Assembly (NCBI GenBank): GCA_000004985.1
Contig: GG738894.1
Direction: 5' to 3' (one strand)
From: Naegleria gruberi
Taxonomy: Eukaryota
Length of the DNA: 64,000 bases
Shown: positions 1 to 11,612 of the stretch, one piece after another
How the letters are laid out: every line of letters begins with the position of its first letter
How positions within the stretch are numbered: the stretch's first letter is position 1
Notes under the pieces: model-generated
Seen by the model: the letters and a program-made list of their open reading frames with translations, nothing else
The model's database searches: none
What the model was told of the DNA's origin: nothing
Position numbers and translations under genes: made by a program

Positions 1-1411
1 CATTTAGTATTGTGATTATCATGTTGATTGTTGTGCATTGTACGATTTTATTGGTCGATAGTAAGAGGTATTTGAATAAGATTATAAAGAAGAAACGAAG
101 GAATGGTGATGATTCGGAAAAGGAATTGGCCACATTTAATGATTTGGGTTATGCTGCTTTTGGAAGATTTGCTACAGTGATTATTACCTTCTTTTTATTT
201 GTAACACAATTGGGATTTTGTTGTGCTGTAGGTTGACTAATTTCACACATTTTCACACTGAAAAGTACTTAACGTTTGTTTCATCAAATCTGATGAACAT
301 TTTTGGAACACCAACAACACTAGGTTGGAAGGCTTTATTTATTTTCTTGACAGGTTTGGCTGTATTTCCATTCTCTTGCATTCGTAATTTGAAATACTTG
401 TCACCTGTGAGTATCATTTCTGAAATTTTGATTACACTCGGTGTGGGTATTGTTCTCTATTTTGCAATTTTCAAATTGGCTACTGAGCCATTCCCTGGCT
501 TGTATAGAAATTTACAACCATACAATATTGAACAATTCCCAACATTTTTTGGTATTTGTTTATTTGCTTTTGAAGGAGTGTATGTATTTTCATTAGTTAT
601 TTCATTATATTTATTCCATTTTGTTTGATTATTTATTGAATTAAATTTCGAAATTACTGAAATACATTTAAAAATATATAGAGGACTTGTCTTACCAATT
701 GAAACAAACATGAGAAATAAGAAGGCATATCCAATGTTATTATTCGTTGGTATGATTATCATTTGTGCTGCCATGACATTGCTTGGTATTGTTGGTTATT
801 TGAGTTATGGTATGGGAGTTAACAGTTTAATTACATTCAATTTGCCAACAACTGGTGCTCTTCCTCTTGTCATCAAAATTTTCCTCATGATTTCTCTCGT
901 TTTCACGTATCCAATTCAATTGTTCCCTCTCTCACAAATGTTAGACAATGCTTTGCAAGGAGTAATCAAGAAAATTAAGGAGAGAAGAAATCCAGAAGAA
1001 AACGAAACACTCGTTTCTCACGATTTAAATCAAGAAGAAAACTCTATCAATCACAACAAATCTCACAATGAAAATGTTATGCAAAAAAAGGAAACTAATA
1101 TCTTTAAATTATTGATCAAGTCCTGCCTCTCACCAACATTCCATGCTGAAAATGTTATCAGATTTACAATGGTTATGGCTACTGTTGCCTTCTCTGCATT
1201 CATTCCTTCATTTGGTGACTTTTTGGGTTTGATTGGTGGTTTTGGTGGTACTACATTGGCCCTTGTATTGCCATGTTGCATTCATATGAAGGTAATGTGG
1301 AAACATTTGAGTTGGAGTGTCAAGGCAAAGGACATTATTCTCATTGTTTTTGGTTTGTTTGCAACGGTTTTTCCACATATATTTCATTTAGAGATCTTGT
1401 TACCCATTTAG
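1..1411 (+). CDS. Proton-coupled amino-acid transporter (Aa_trans / SLC36-like), 5' end outside the window. Exons approx 1-231, 232-579 and 682-1411; one 102-nt intron at 580-681.
   Basis: Translation aligns with human SLC36A1/PAT1: ...IVVHC.ILLV..., ...FFLFVTQLGFCC..., ...FAFEG|VGLVLPIETNMRNKK.... The last segment is joined across a GTATGT...ATATAG intron and reproduces the PAT1 block FAFEGIGMVLPLENKMK. Multiple TM helices. A single reading-frame change near 228-233 (frame 0 runs into TGA, frame +2 continues with LTNFTHF...) is noted in the findings. Confidence 0.8.
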
Positions 1412-1500
1412 AAAATGGTGAATAAATTTTGTCTCCTTATTTTCTTTCAATTATTACAATTCAAAATATTTAATTCCTAGCAATCTAGTTTTATTCTTCT

Positions 1501-3398
1501 CTAGTACTCTGGTTTAGTCTTCCTGAAAAGCATGATATATTTCACCTTCTTCATTAAAATATACTCAACTTCCAATTCTTCTGGCAATCCAGATTCAGAA
1601 AAATTGTAAGGCACCTTCAATGCCACACATTGAACTCCATCTTCGAGTAAAAGTTGTTTGGAGAATGTCTTGACACTGATTGGTGTGAGGTTCTCTTGAA
1701 TCATGTACAAGTCATCAATAAAATCGTGCAATGAATAATCTTGATTTCCCCAAGGAGGATCAAAAAAGACAAATGTTTCAGGCATCTTGTCTCCCAAGTT
1801 TCCTCTCTCCTTTTGCCACCAATCAATAAAATTACCTGAAATTACATTACAAGTGACACAGTCTCTATCATACTTTTTCTCCTCATTTTCAAACAAGTTA
1901 ATATTGTATCGTGCATCGTTGCATCTTCTTTCATCTAGTTCAATCATGGTTACTGTTTTTCTGTGGAGACGTTTGGACCAGAAATATCTTAAAAATCCAA
2001 TAATATTTCCTCCCAAGCCACCAGTTCCATCAACCAAGTGATTTGGATAGAAACCAGTTTTCTGTTTTATCATTTCATTCATGAGGGAGGCAATTTCAAA
2101 GGCATCATTAAAAGGAGTAAGATAGGAAAGTGCCAACTCTGAATCAAATCTCACCTTATTGACCAAATGTTTAGGGAAGAAACCATACATGTTTTCTGAA
2201 TATTTTCTAAACTTGTAGTGATTTTCCAATGTTCTTGGTAGTTCAGGATTTGATTTTGGTTTTGAGGTAGATTTTGCTTCCTTTTCTTCTTCTGTTTGCT
2301 TCTTTTTTACAATGTTTAGTGATTTTTTCACGTGTCTAATAGTTTCCTCCAAAGTTTGATTTGCAACAATGTAGTGAGTATCCTTTGAACTCATTGTGGA
2401 TAATTTTTGTTTTTCCAATTCAAGGACTTTGAGTGCTGCCTTTAACTGTATTTGTAAATTCTTAATTTCATTCATTAGAGTGGCAGAAGAGGCAGTAGTG
2501 AGAGTTGGTGATTCAATTGATTCTTCCTGTTTTTTTCTAGTGTTAGTATTTACAAGAATGCTTGTCAATGGATTATTATCATTTTGTACTGTTGATGATT
2601 GATTAGGATAATTTACATGAACAGGAGTGGAAGTGGTGGTATTGATATCATTATTTAACATGGAATTTTGTGGGAAAAGTTGGGAGAGGAAGTGTGATTG
2701 TTGTGGTTGTTCTACACTAGCAGTAGTATTCACCATGGTATTCGATTGTTCGGTTGGCTCGTTGAAAAAGCTCTTTTCAATATCATCAACAGAACACATG
2801 CCCATCATTGGTGGATAGCCCATCATCATGCCATGAGGAGGCCACATACCCGATGATGGATTATTCATCATCCATTGATGATGATAAAATTGATTTTCCT
2901 GTTGTTGTTGTTGTGGTTGTTGATTAGAGGCTTCATGTTGTTGTTGTTAGGAAACCACGAAGATGACGAATTATTTCCACTATTAATTGCTACATCACCA
3001 TGATGAGCCAATTCACCTCCATTATTATTAACATTTCCAAAATTATTAAACATCATCATTAAATTAGAATTATTAAATTGTTGTTGTTGTGGAGGTGGAG
3101 GCGGTTGATGATTCCACCACATGTTATTATTATTATTCGGAGGAGGAGGAGCCATCATCATCATCATTGAATTATTATTATTCATTGATCCTTGATATAA
3201 TCTAGGTGATAGATTGGTCGTTGTATTATTGTTGTTGCTAATATTATTCATCATTAATAATTTACTTCCTTGTTGATTATTATTATTCTGGGATGATGAA
3301 GTGGTAGTCTTTAATAGATGAGTGGTGGTGAGATCGGCACCAGAGGGTGTCAACATTGATTGTTGTTGTTGCTGAAGCTGCTGATGGGGAGGAAACAT
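1501..3398 (-). CDS. Putative RNA cap guanine-N2 methyltransferase (TGS1-like) with a long N/Q/M/P-rich N-terminal low-complexity region. The two ORFs 2868-3398 and 1501-2871 are treated as one gene with an apparent 1-nt frameshift near 2938-2950.
   Basis: C-terminal region has SAM motif I-like VDGTGGLGGNIIGF and the motif FVFFDPPWGNQDY, which matches the TGS1 catalytic SPPWGGP(D/E)Y block (human DVVFLSPPWGGPDY, yeast FGSPPWGGPEY). The upstream ORF (MFPPHQQLQQQQQ...) abuts in a different frame inside an AAC/CAA triplet run. After the shift the downstream frame reads naturally as ...QQQHEASNQQPQQQQENQFYHHQWMMNNPSSGMWPP.... Confidence 0.6.
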
Positions 3399-3552
3399 TT
3401 TTAATATTAGATTTTCTTGATCATCAAAATTTTAATTTATTAAAAACAATAAAATGTAACGGAAATCTCATTTTTGGCAATTCCTTAAGATAATAAAAAA
3501 AACAGAGTTTCATCTTTTTTATTATCAATTGCTTGATAGGAATTTGAGAAAG

Positions 3553-5112
3553 ATGGGAAATACAGTTTCAACGGATGAACAATTGATAGCTGTTTCAAAG
3601 GAATCCTTACAGTCGGTTGCTAATGTAAAATCAGAGGAAGTCTTCAAGGTTCCTGGCTTTTTTACTTCGGAGCCTGAAGAAGGTTTTCCAAACATTGATG
3701 GTTTCAGGCCGACCATGTATTACTTGTTGGATGAGGAGAGTGGTTACAAGCATTGTATTTTGGAGAAATATCATCAGAAGAGGATGAGGAAAATAGATAT
3801 TATTATATTGTTAGATTATTTACGGAGAGGAAGATGGATCAACATGTGAGAGAAAGACTTGAAGAGGAAGAGAAGGCAGCAAAGGAATTTCCATCATTGA
3901 TGCAGAAAGTGGAGATTCATAATGCTACTTTGAAATTGTATGTAAATTAGTAATTATTTAATATTGAATAATTTTCAATTTAAATATAATTGATGATGCA
4001 ATTCTCGATAATAGTGGAGAAGAAAAGAAGGCAGCCCTTTTTAAGGTTGGAAGTGATGAGGGAAATTCATTCATGTCTCTTTTTGGTTTGAATGGATCTA
4101 ATTTGAATTATTATATGAGGGTTAGATTGGTCAGTTCTGCAATTTTGAATGTTGTCAAGTTGTTTGAATTGAGTGAGAGAAAGTATTGCTTCCATCCTAT
4201 CGATATTTCACACGTTGCTATTCAGGAGAATTTGAATATGAGATTTTTCGATTGTCTTCATGTTATTGCTTATCAGAATGATAGAGGTAGGTGTTTGATT
4301 GTTGGATATTAATTTTCACACATTTTCAGAATCAATTTTCAACCTAGGATTGAGGACTGTTTGTAAAATAGGAGTTTGTATATTGACATTTAATGAAGCT
4401 CTTTATAATAAGGACATATTCTTTGAGGAATGGCTTTCCAATCCAAATACTGTAAGTTATTTGATTTGGATTCGTTGCAATAACATTACTGTTATCAATT
4501 GACCTACCATCAATCAAGACAATTCCTGTATTTTCAACCCTATTTAAAAAAGTATTATTGGATAATAATTTCAAATTGGATGATATTAAAAGCGAGTTGA
4601 GCATATTGGAAATATTAAGCAAACGAACAATTGATCCATCAGTTGTTAATTCTGAAAATTTCAAAGATTTAATAACAATGTATGGAAGCTTATTGTCTCA
4701 TCGTCAGTCAGATCCTTTCCATGACACATTAATGCAATATCTCACTCAATTAATTTCTATAACAGCCCAAAATCATAAGGAAGATCTGTTACAATGTAAC
4801 GAAAATTCATTCTTGTGTACATTATTATTGAATTCAATCTTTAAGAGAGATCTCACAAATAATGCCACCAATGTTTCTGATCAAATCAAAGCACTTTCAA
4901 ACATTTTCAGAGGTGTTTATTCAGAAAAGCCAGAACTCATTGAAATGATTTCTACTGCATTGAAAAATTCCAAAAAGACTATCAGTAATGATCTCGGAGT
5001 GTCAAGAATAATTCTCGATGCTAAACTGTTTATAGAGCTATTATTTTCATCAAATGGGCATGCTATTTCAGAGGAAGAAGTGGACAGTATATCTAAATGG
5101 ATGTTTGCTTAA
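3553..5112 (+). CDS. Multi-exon gene of unknown function. The 3' exons are resolved as ...-3937, 4015-4286, 4330-4451 and 4519-5112. The 5' part (ATG at 3553, MGNTVSTDEQ...) changes frame once between ~3735 and 3850 by a junction I could not place.
   Basis: Introns have canonical boundaries: GTATGT at 3938 to AG at 4014 (77 nt), GTAGGT at 4287 to TTTTCAG at 4329 (43 nt), and GTAAGT at 4452 to AG at 4518 (67 nt). Joins keep one continuous frame: ...ATLKL|GEEKKAALFKVGSDEGNSFMSLFGLNGS...YQNDRG|ESIFNLGLRTVCK...SNPNT|TIPVFSTLFKKVLLDNNFKLDD...SKWMFA*. The N-terminal MGN... suggests N-myristoylation. No family assignment. Confidence 0.4.
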
Positions 5113-5424
5113 TGATGAAAATTGTTTTCAACGTTTTAACTGCATTCACCAAATAGAAAACCTTTGTGTGTGAACGACTAATTACCAGTGGAATCACATG
5201 ACTAAAAGCACACATGAACAATAATAGCTAGTGAACATGTTACAGCTTATTAGTTGTTAAATAATATTGTAATACTAAGAATCTCATTCTTTTTAAGGAA
5301 AAGAGCATGAAAAAGTCGCCGATTCAAACAGCATTTCTCCTTATTAAACGCAGTCCATATTCCATTTCATCCATTCTATATTTAAATACCAATTTGTGAT
5401 TCTTTCTTTTTACAATACAAAAAA

Positions 5425-5835
5425 ATGTCCAAAATACTTCCACCATTCACATTAGAAACTGCCCAAAAGAAAGTTAAACTTGCACAAGATAATTGGAATT
5501 CAAAAGATCCAGAACGCATTGCTCTCGCCTACACTGAAGATTGTGAATGGAGAAATAGAAATGAATTCATTAAGGGAAGAACTGATATTAAAAAATTCCT
5601 TAAAAAAAAGTATGCCAAAGAATTAGATTACAAATTGGAAAAATATTTATTTGCATTTATGGATAACAAAATTTCAGTTCATTTTCAATATGAATATCAC
5701 AATGAAAATGGACAATGGTTCCGAGCTTATGGAAATGAGAATTGGGAATTTGATTGGGAATCGGGATTAATGATGAAGAGAGATGCAAGTATTAATGATC
5801 TTGCAATTCAAGAATCCGAAAGGAAATTTAAATAA
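5425..5835 (+). CDS. DUF1348 family protein (NTF2-like/SnoaL-like fold), single exon, 136 aa.
   Basis: Strong match to the conserved DUF1348 core as recalled from bacterial/fungal members: [21 protein letters not shown]...[63 protein letters not shown]-rich start context aaaaaATG. Codon usage matches the host. Confidence 0.7.
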   Translation: MSKILPPFTLETAQKKVKLAQDNWNSKDPERIALAYTEDCEWRNRNEFIKGRTDIKKFLKKKYAKELDYKLEKYLFAFMDNKISVHFQYEYHNENGQWFRAYGNENWEFDWESGLMMKRDASINDLAIQESERKFK

Positions 5836-5870
5836 ATCTATTGAAGTATAATTATCCAATCCTAAAAATA

Positions 5871-8800
5871 TTAAATACTGATATTTTCAGCAGTTGGTGA
5901 AGAACAACTGTCATCATTTCCACTCAACATTTGAATCTTTCTCTTCATTAAATTATTGTGTTCCATCAGATCTAACAAGTGACGATTCAATTTTTCACCA
6001 GGTACAACTGTTGTTCGAGGTGTGATTGGAGAGGTGGTTATAATTGGTTCTTCTGGAGTATCGTGTAATTGTGAAAGTGTACTCTCAATTGATTCAATGG
6101 TTGTCTCTTGTGATATTTCTGGTTCAGGTAGAACTGCAGTTCTGAAAGTGAGAAGTGGAGAAGCAACACGAATATCCAATAATTGCATACTCATTCTCAA
6201 CAATTCAGTTTCGTACGATTTCATCTTGGTTCTCAAATTAGTTGTTTGAATGTCCTTCAATTCTGAAAGCTCTTCTGATAATTCCTTAAATTGATTTCCA
6301 AATTGATTCTCCACTATTTGGAATGCATCCTTATCTCCCTTATCTGCCAATAAATTTCTAAAAGTCTCTAGGAGAGACTGTAATTTGAATATTGTCATGT
6401 CAATCTCTTTGGTTTTTTGTTGAATATCATTTCTGAACTTGTCCTTCAATGAACTCAATTTGGAGTATAATACATTAACCAAAGATGATTCATTGGTTGG
6501 AAATTCTGAGGCATCTACTGAATTTGAATTCGATGGTGAAGTAGCTTCTTCCATCGTTGAGGAGGTAGTTGTTGGAGTTGTTGCTACTGTAGGACTGGAT
6601 GTGGCCTTTGAGTTTAGAACAGGGAATGAATTTTGACGTTTCAAATCCTTAAATCTTCTCTCCTTCAATGAATTTGGAATAACCAAAAACAAGGTTGTGT
6701 TCTTGAGACCTGACTTGGCAGTGACACAATTGTCCAATCTCTGAACCAGTGATTCAATAGTATTAGTATCTGGAGGCAATGTATTATTTTGCTTTTCAAT
6801 TGCCAAATTTTCCATTACTTGAGCTTCTGCTAGTGTCTGACCTCCCTGTGCATATTGAGCTATCATTGAGGCTCTCCTGATGGCTTGCAGTGTTGAGTCG
6901 GTGAACTTTTTAGAACGAGCAGAGATACCCATTCGACAACGAAGTCCTCTAAATAAGAGTTTGATATTATTCTTCTGATAGGTGCAAATTCCTTCGAGTG
7001 AGAGAAGAGAATCTGGCCAATCGGCATCCATCATTTTAGTTTGAACTAGGAGTGAGAATTTGAGAGCTTGTCTCGCAGTTTCAAATCCACACACTACTGA
7101 ATCACTCACAATATTGTGGAATTCATCATGTTTCACAGCAGGTGTAGTGTCCATTCCCATATTTTCCTTGAGACATCTCCTCAAAACATCAAAATAGATT
7201 GAAACACTCTTGGTAATGTCCTCGTGTGGAATACTCCACAATTGATTACATCCTTGCAAGTCACAATACACAAAATATTTCAATCTCTCCTCAATGTCAA
7301 AGAATTTAGTTTCGTGAGAAGCATTGAGTGAAACTTCTGGAATGGACATTTTACAATATCCCTCCTTTTCAGCTTCTATAATTTCCAAAATAGAGTACAA
7401 ATCTTCCATATCCTTCTTTACGTGTTCAATTTCTTCCCTAACTGTTGCTTGTTGCATTTTCAATGAATCTTCGAGTTGTTTAATTTTCATGTCCAATTTT
7501 TCTTGTTGAATGGAGGTGGCCAATGAATTCTCAGAGAAGGGTTTCGTTGGAGAATAGGGAACCGAATTGGAATTATTCATCACAGAGAGGTTATTATTCG
7601 ATGAGAACTTTTTAACCATCAGTGGTGAAATGGTAATGGTATTGTTACCTCCACTATTCTTTCGAGGAGGAGATTCTGGAGGCAATTGTGGAAAGACAAT
7701 TTGAGGAGGCGTATTTTCAGAATCGATTCGAGCCGATCCATTGAAAGATCTTGCAGATTTGATTGAAATTGGTGCAGAGGAAACTGAATCATTGCTTCGT
7801 GTCGTAGTTTGTCCATTCACCAACGAGTCAGGAACCAAATAACTCTCATTCTCATCAATTAAAAAGAAGGTGTCATATTTTGGAGCTGTTGGTACAGTTT
7901 TAGAGGTTTGCCTCTCTCGTGTTGAAATACTATCGGTAAGCCACATTGAACTGATTTGCATTCTCAATTTGGCTGTCAATACTAGAGGTGAATTTGATGG
8001 AGCTTCAATTGACAATTTAACTGGAACGAGAATGGTTCTACTCATTGAACCCACTCCACAATAAATCATATGTGGAGGAGTTACAAAATCTGTCAAATTC
8101 AACTTGACAAAACCACTTCTCTTATCACTTGTAATTCTTCCACTGCCACTACTTTTCAATTCTCTAATTTCCAAAACGAGGGGTTTATCTTCCAATAACG
8201 ATTGCATATTCTTGACATAGAATGGTAAAAATGGATCTTCTTGTGAACCACTTCCAGATCCTGAACCATTATTCGAATTTAACATGTTAATTATTTCAGT
8301 TAATGGTTTTTCCTTCTTTGGTTTAAAATCACACACAAAATCATATTCATAATCCTTAAAATCTGCCAAATAAATAATGGAATTCTTTTTAGAGTTTGGT
8401 GAATTTTGATTTGTCGAGTTTGGATTTGTCGATGGAGACATGGATCGACTCCAACACGTATTAATATAATCATAATCTTCAAAAATTGCATCATTGGAAC
8501 ATGTTTTTGAAATGACATTTGCTGGTTCAGTTGCTCCACCAATTACGAAACTATTCGATCCACTTCTACTAAAAAGTGATGAAATACTTGATTCTTCCTC
8601 ATTATTTTGCAATACTTTCCAATGAATGGAATATCTGGATTGTAACAATTTCATTAGGGCATTAGAAACTGCAATCGATTCAGAATCTTCTGAACGTTGA
8701 GAAGCACTTGAAATTCCACTATTTGTACTTCTGGAAGTTTCATTTCCATTTTGTGGTTCATTATTACTGTAATTGTGGAACATTTTGTGTCCTAGTGTGT

Positions 8801-9137
8801 GAATTGAAACATTTCCACTATTATTATTACCAAAAGATGATGAACGTCCCAAATTGGAGTTTCCACCACTTTCGTTTACTTTTTCTAATGATGATGCAAG
8901 TGTCATTAAATCAAAATCTTCCAATGCGAATATATGAATGTTAAATAGACATTTTAATTGTGTAGGATCACTATTATTCGAATTTGATTTAATGGCTGCA
9001 GTAACTTTGCTGTTGGAACGGGCACGTGGCAGGTTAGAGGTTGATGATGAAGATGATGATGGTTTCATATGTCGTTGAACATCGAGACGTCCTTCGTTGG
9101 CGTCGTTTATACTGCCGAATCTAAATAATCTCTTCAT
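5871..9137 (-). CDS. Large (1088 aa) S/N-rich coiled-coil protein, function unknown; possible NT-C2-like region near the N-terminus.
   Basis: Uninterrupted 3.27-kb ORF. N-terminal ...KCLFNIHIFALEDFDLMTL... loosely resembles the EEIG1/EHBP1 N-terminal C2 pattern. A central conserved-looking block (CDLQGCNQLWSIPHEDIT...GICTYQKNNIKLLFRGLRCRMGISARSKKFTDSTLQAIRRASMIAQYAQGGQTL) has no family I can name. The C-terminal third is heptad-rich (coiled coil). Confidence 0.55.
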   Translation of the reverse strand: MKRLFRFGSINDANEGRLDVQRHMKPSSSSSSTSNLPRARSNSKVTAAIKSNSNNSDPTQLKCLFNIHIFALEDFDLMTLASSLEKVNESGGNSNLGRSSSFGNNNSGNVSIHTLGHKMFHNYSNNEPQNGNETSRSTNSGISSASQRSEDSESIAVSNALMKLLQSRYSIHWKVLQNNEEESSISSLFSRSGSNSFVIGGATEPANVISKTCSNDAIFEDYDYINTCWSRSMSPSTNPNSTNQNSPNSKKNSIIYLADFKDYEYDFVCDFKPKKEKPLTEIINMLNSNNGSGSGSGSQEDPFLPFYVKNMQSLLEDKPLVLEIRELKSSGSGRITSDKRSGFVKLNLTDFVTPPHMIYCGVGSMSRTILVPVKLSIEAPSNSPLVLTAKLRMQISSMWLTDSISTRERQTSKTVPTAPKYDTFFLIDENESYLVPDSLVNGQTTTRSNDSVSSAPISIKSARSFNGSARIDSENTPPQIVFPQLPPESPPRKNSGGNNTITISPLMVKKFSSNNNLSVMNNSNSVPYSPTKPFSENSLATSIQQEKLDMKIKQLEDSLKMQQATVREEIEHVKKDMEDLYSILEIIEAEKEGYCKMSIPEVSLNASHETKFFDIEERLKYFVYCDLQGCNQLWSIPHEDITKSVSIYFDVLRRCLKENMGMDTTPAVKHDEFHNIVSDSVVCGFETARQALKFSLLVQTKMMDADWPDSLLSLEGICTYQKNNIKLLFRGLRCRMGISARSKKFTDSTLQAIRRASMIAQYAQGGQTLAEAQVMENLAIEKQNNTLPPDTNTIESLVQRLDNCVTAKSGLKNTTLFLVIPNSLKERRFKDLKRQNSFPVLNSKATSSPTVATTPTTTSSTMEEATSPSNSNSVDASEFPTNESSLVNVLYSKLSSLKDKFRNDIQQKTKEIDMTIFKLQSLLETFRNLLADKGDKDAFQIVENQFGNQFKELSEELSELKDIQTTNLRTKMKSYETELLRMSMQLLDIRVASPLLTFRTAVLPEPEISQETTIESIESTLSQLHDTPEEPIITTSPITPRTTVVPGEKLNRHLLDLMEHNNLMKRKIQMLSGNDDSCSSPTAENISI

Positions 9138-10078
9138 TGTTTCAAAGTTTCGTATTGTTTCGAATAGAGTCTGGAGAAAGTGGTTTTGTAATTTTTGTTA
9201 TAATTGATGATGATGTGATGATAACAAACCTCTCACAGGAAAATTGACTCACAAATCCGCTTGATGATTATTCGAAACTAACTGATTGTTGCCGAAAGAT
9301 GAGTGAGGGATCTTTTTTTGAGAGGGAAAATCGTCTTATTGCTCTAACGCCGGTCACTTGTCAACTCTGCAAGGTTATCAATCTTGGCTGAAAATTGACG
9401 AACCATTCAAATGTACTAAAGAAAAGGAAGTTTCTTACAATAAATACAAAAATTTGATGAGAAGAAGAACATTTCATAAATTTAAATGACGATCATTTTA
9501 ATGGTTTGGAGAAAATTCTACCATTAATTCAGATCTTTGGTAAGGGATTAATTCAGAGTCAGGTTTTTCTTCAATATTTCAAAAACAATGCAAAATTTAT
9601 TCATCTCATTGCAACTTACATTTTGACGATGAGTTTAGATATGAACAAGTTCTCAAATTCGAATGAGAAGAAAACAACACAACATTATATCCTATACGAA
9701 AGCTCCTCATCACTCGAGATTCACAAAAATTGGATTCATTAATCCCAAATCCACCTTCTTGAAACTCATTTATTCAACAAAATGCTAATTTCCTAATAAT
9801 AATACTATAGTATTTTTGAAATCTGACTTCAAATTATGAATCCTCACATTGACATTCCCCTTAAGGTGGCAGCATTCTCAAAATCATGTTGAAATGATAA
9901 AGAACGAAGTGGTTCAATAAATTATTTTGGATTTGACAGCAAAATACTAATTATTATTATTGTCTTTCAAATGTTTTTGAAGAATGAAGATTTCACCACC
10001 AGTATAGATAGAAGTTTTGGATTTTGGTGATGAATAATCATCCAGTCATTATTCGTATAGGATAACACAACAAAAAAA

Positions 10079-11464
10079 ATGAAACTAAACCTCATACTAT
10101 TCCTGTCCCTGATCATTTTCTCATTTCTCTTCCTTGTGGTCTTTTATTTTCAATATCAACATCAAATACGGATAGAGAGTGATTACACACTCCGATTAGT
10201 TGAAAAACAAGTTTCGAATATAAAACCAACGAACAAACTAAATGCACGAGTATTTCCGATAACTTTTATGAGTGCAGATTTGGAGAATTTATTTTTATCT
10301 CGAATATTGAAATCTAATTGTCAAGTTTTCTTGGCTTCATACTATAGTTTTAATTCTTTAGGTGGAATTCTTCCAACTTTTATTGGAAAGGAGAAGAAAA
10401 GTTACATTTATGGTAAGTAATGAGATTAAATTTTTAAATTCAAATATTTATTCGAAAAATTTCTCCTTTATTTTCAATTTTATTAACAAATTAATAATAA
10501 TCCATATTTGTACAACTTTCGAATAGGTCACGGTAAAAAATATTACATTTTGGAACAATTTCTGAATAGCAAATCTTCATCCTATATCAAAGATGATGAT
10601 TTCATCTTCTTTGCTGATGGAATGGATGTAATGTTTTATGATAATTTACAAAGAGCTGTGGAAATTTATATTTCCTATTTGAGATTGGAAGGATTTGATG
10701 TGGAGAGAGATAGAGAAAAGGATTGGCCGATATTGTTCAATGCTGAGAAGAATAGACATCCATTTCCAAGAAATTTCTATCAATTTATTAAGGTAAGATT
10801 TTGAGAAATTTAATTTTGGAATTTTACAAATTTGGAAATTTAATTTTTTCAGAATTTGGATATTAAAATTTTAATTGAGAAATATGTTCGTCAACAAAAT
10901 TATCCAAAGAAGCCATATTGTGCTCCATCCACTTTCAACTTTATTAATTCTGGAGTTTATATTGCAAGGAAACGAGATGTCAAAAGTTACTTGAGAACAA
11001 TATTTGAAAAAATTGTAAAGGATCCAAAATTCCTCGATAATGACGATCAAGGAATAGCCCATTATGTACACATATCCAATTCATATCATCCAGTCTACCC
11101 AATCATGACTGATTGTAATCTTGCTCTCTCAATAACTACCTTCAACTCGTGTGAAATCTTCAGATCCAATGATGGAGCCACTTGTCAAGTTGCAGATCCA
11201 ATTAATGGAGCAAGACCCATTTCAATTCATAGTGCAGGATTGGGATGCAAACAATTTTGCCCCTGTCTCTCCACTAGTGTGAATCAAAGTCCATTATCGA
11301 ATTCAATCACTTCTACTGATTTACATGATTTGAAAAAGGATTTTGGAGTAATTGTCTATGATAGTGATCATGATTCGATAACCATTCGGCCAGTATTGGA
11401 ATTTTGTGGAAAGGAGACATTGTTTAATATCGAACAAGATAAGTGCGTCTATAAGAATTATTGA
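10079..11464 (+). CDS. Type-II membrane nucleotide-sugar glycosyltransferase (GT-A, Nucleotid_trans/GT77-like). Three exons: 10079-10412, 10527-10792 and 10853-11464.
   Basis: N-terminal signal anchor LILFLSLIIFSFLFLVVFYF. DxD-type block DDDFIFFADGMDVMFYDN. Introns GTAAGT(10413)...AATAG(10526), 114 nt, and GTAAGA(10793)...TTTTTTCAG(10852), 60 nt, give in-frame joins ...SYIYG|HGKKYYILEQ... and ...QFIK|NLDIKILIEKYVRQ.... Confidence 0.65.
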
Positions 11465-11612
11465 TTTGGTTTAAAAAAATTCTCAATACTATTTAAGGGG
11501 AGAAAAAAACAATTATGAAAATTCAAAAGGTCAATAAGTTTATTTTGTAAATTTACAATCCAAATAATAAAATACTAGGTATTTTTAAAAACTCAATAAC
11601 AAACATTCATAA

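Noticed and set aside
2868-3398. Treating 2868-3398 and 1501-2871 as two independent genes
   Set aside because: They abut with a 2-nt overlap in a triplet-repeat tract, share the same unusual composition, and the downstream frame reads through the junction naturally. Merged as one gene with a frameshift.
3735-3850. Attempt to place an intron joining frame +1 (MGNTVSTDEQ...) to frame 0 (…EISSEEDEENRYYY…)
   Set aside because: No donor/acceptor pair with canonical GTAAGT/GTATGT...AG and adequate length gives a clean join. Left unresolved; it could be a frameshift or a non-canonical intron.
6022-8064. Several 60-80-aa plus-strand ORFs (6022-6249, 6439-6636, 7324-7509, 7870-8064)
   Set aside because: All lie antisense within the 3.3-kb minus-strand coiled-coil gene and have no independent support.
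9506-9742. 78-aa plus-strand ORF upstream of the coiled-coil gene
   Set aside because: Lies in the A/T-rich putative promoter/5' region and has no supporting features.
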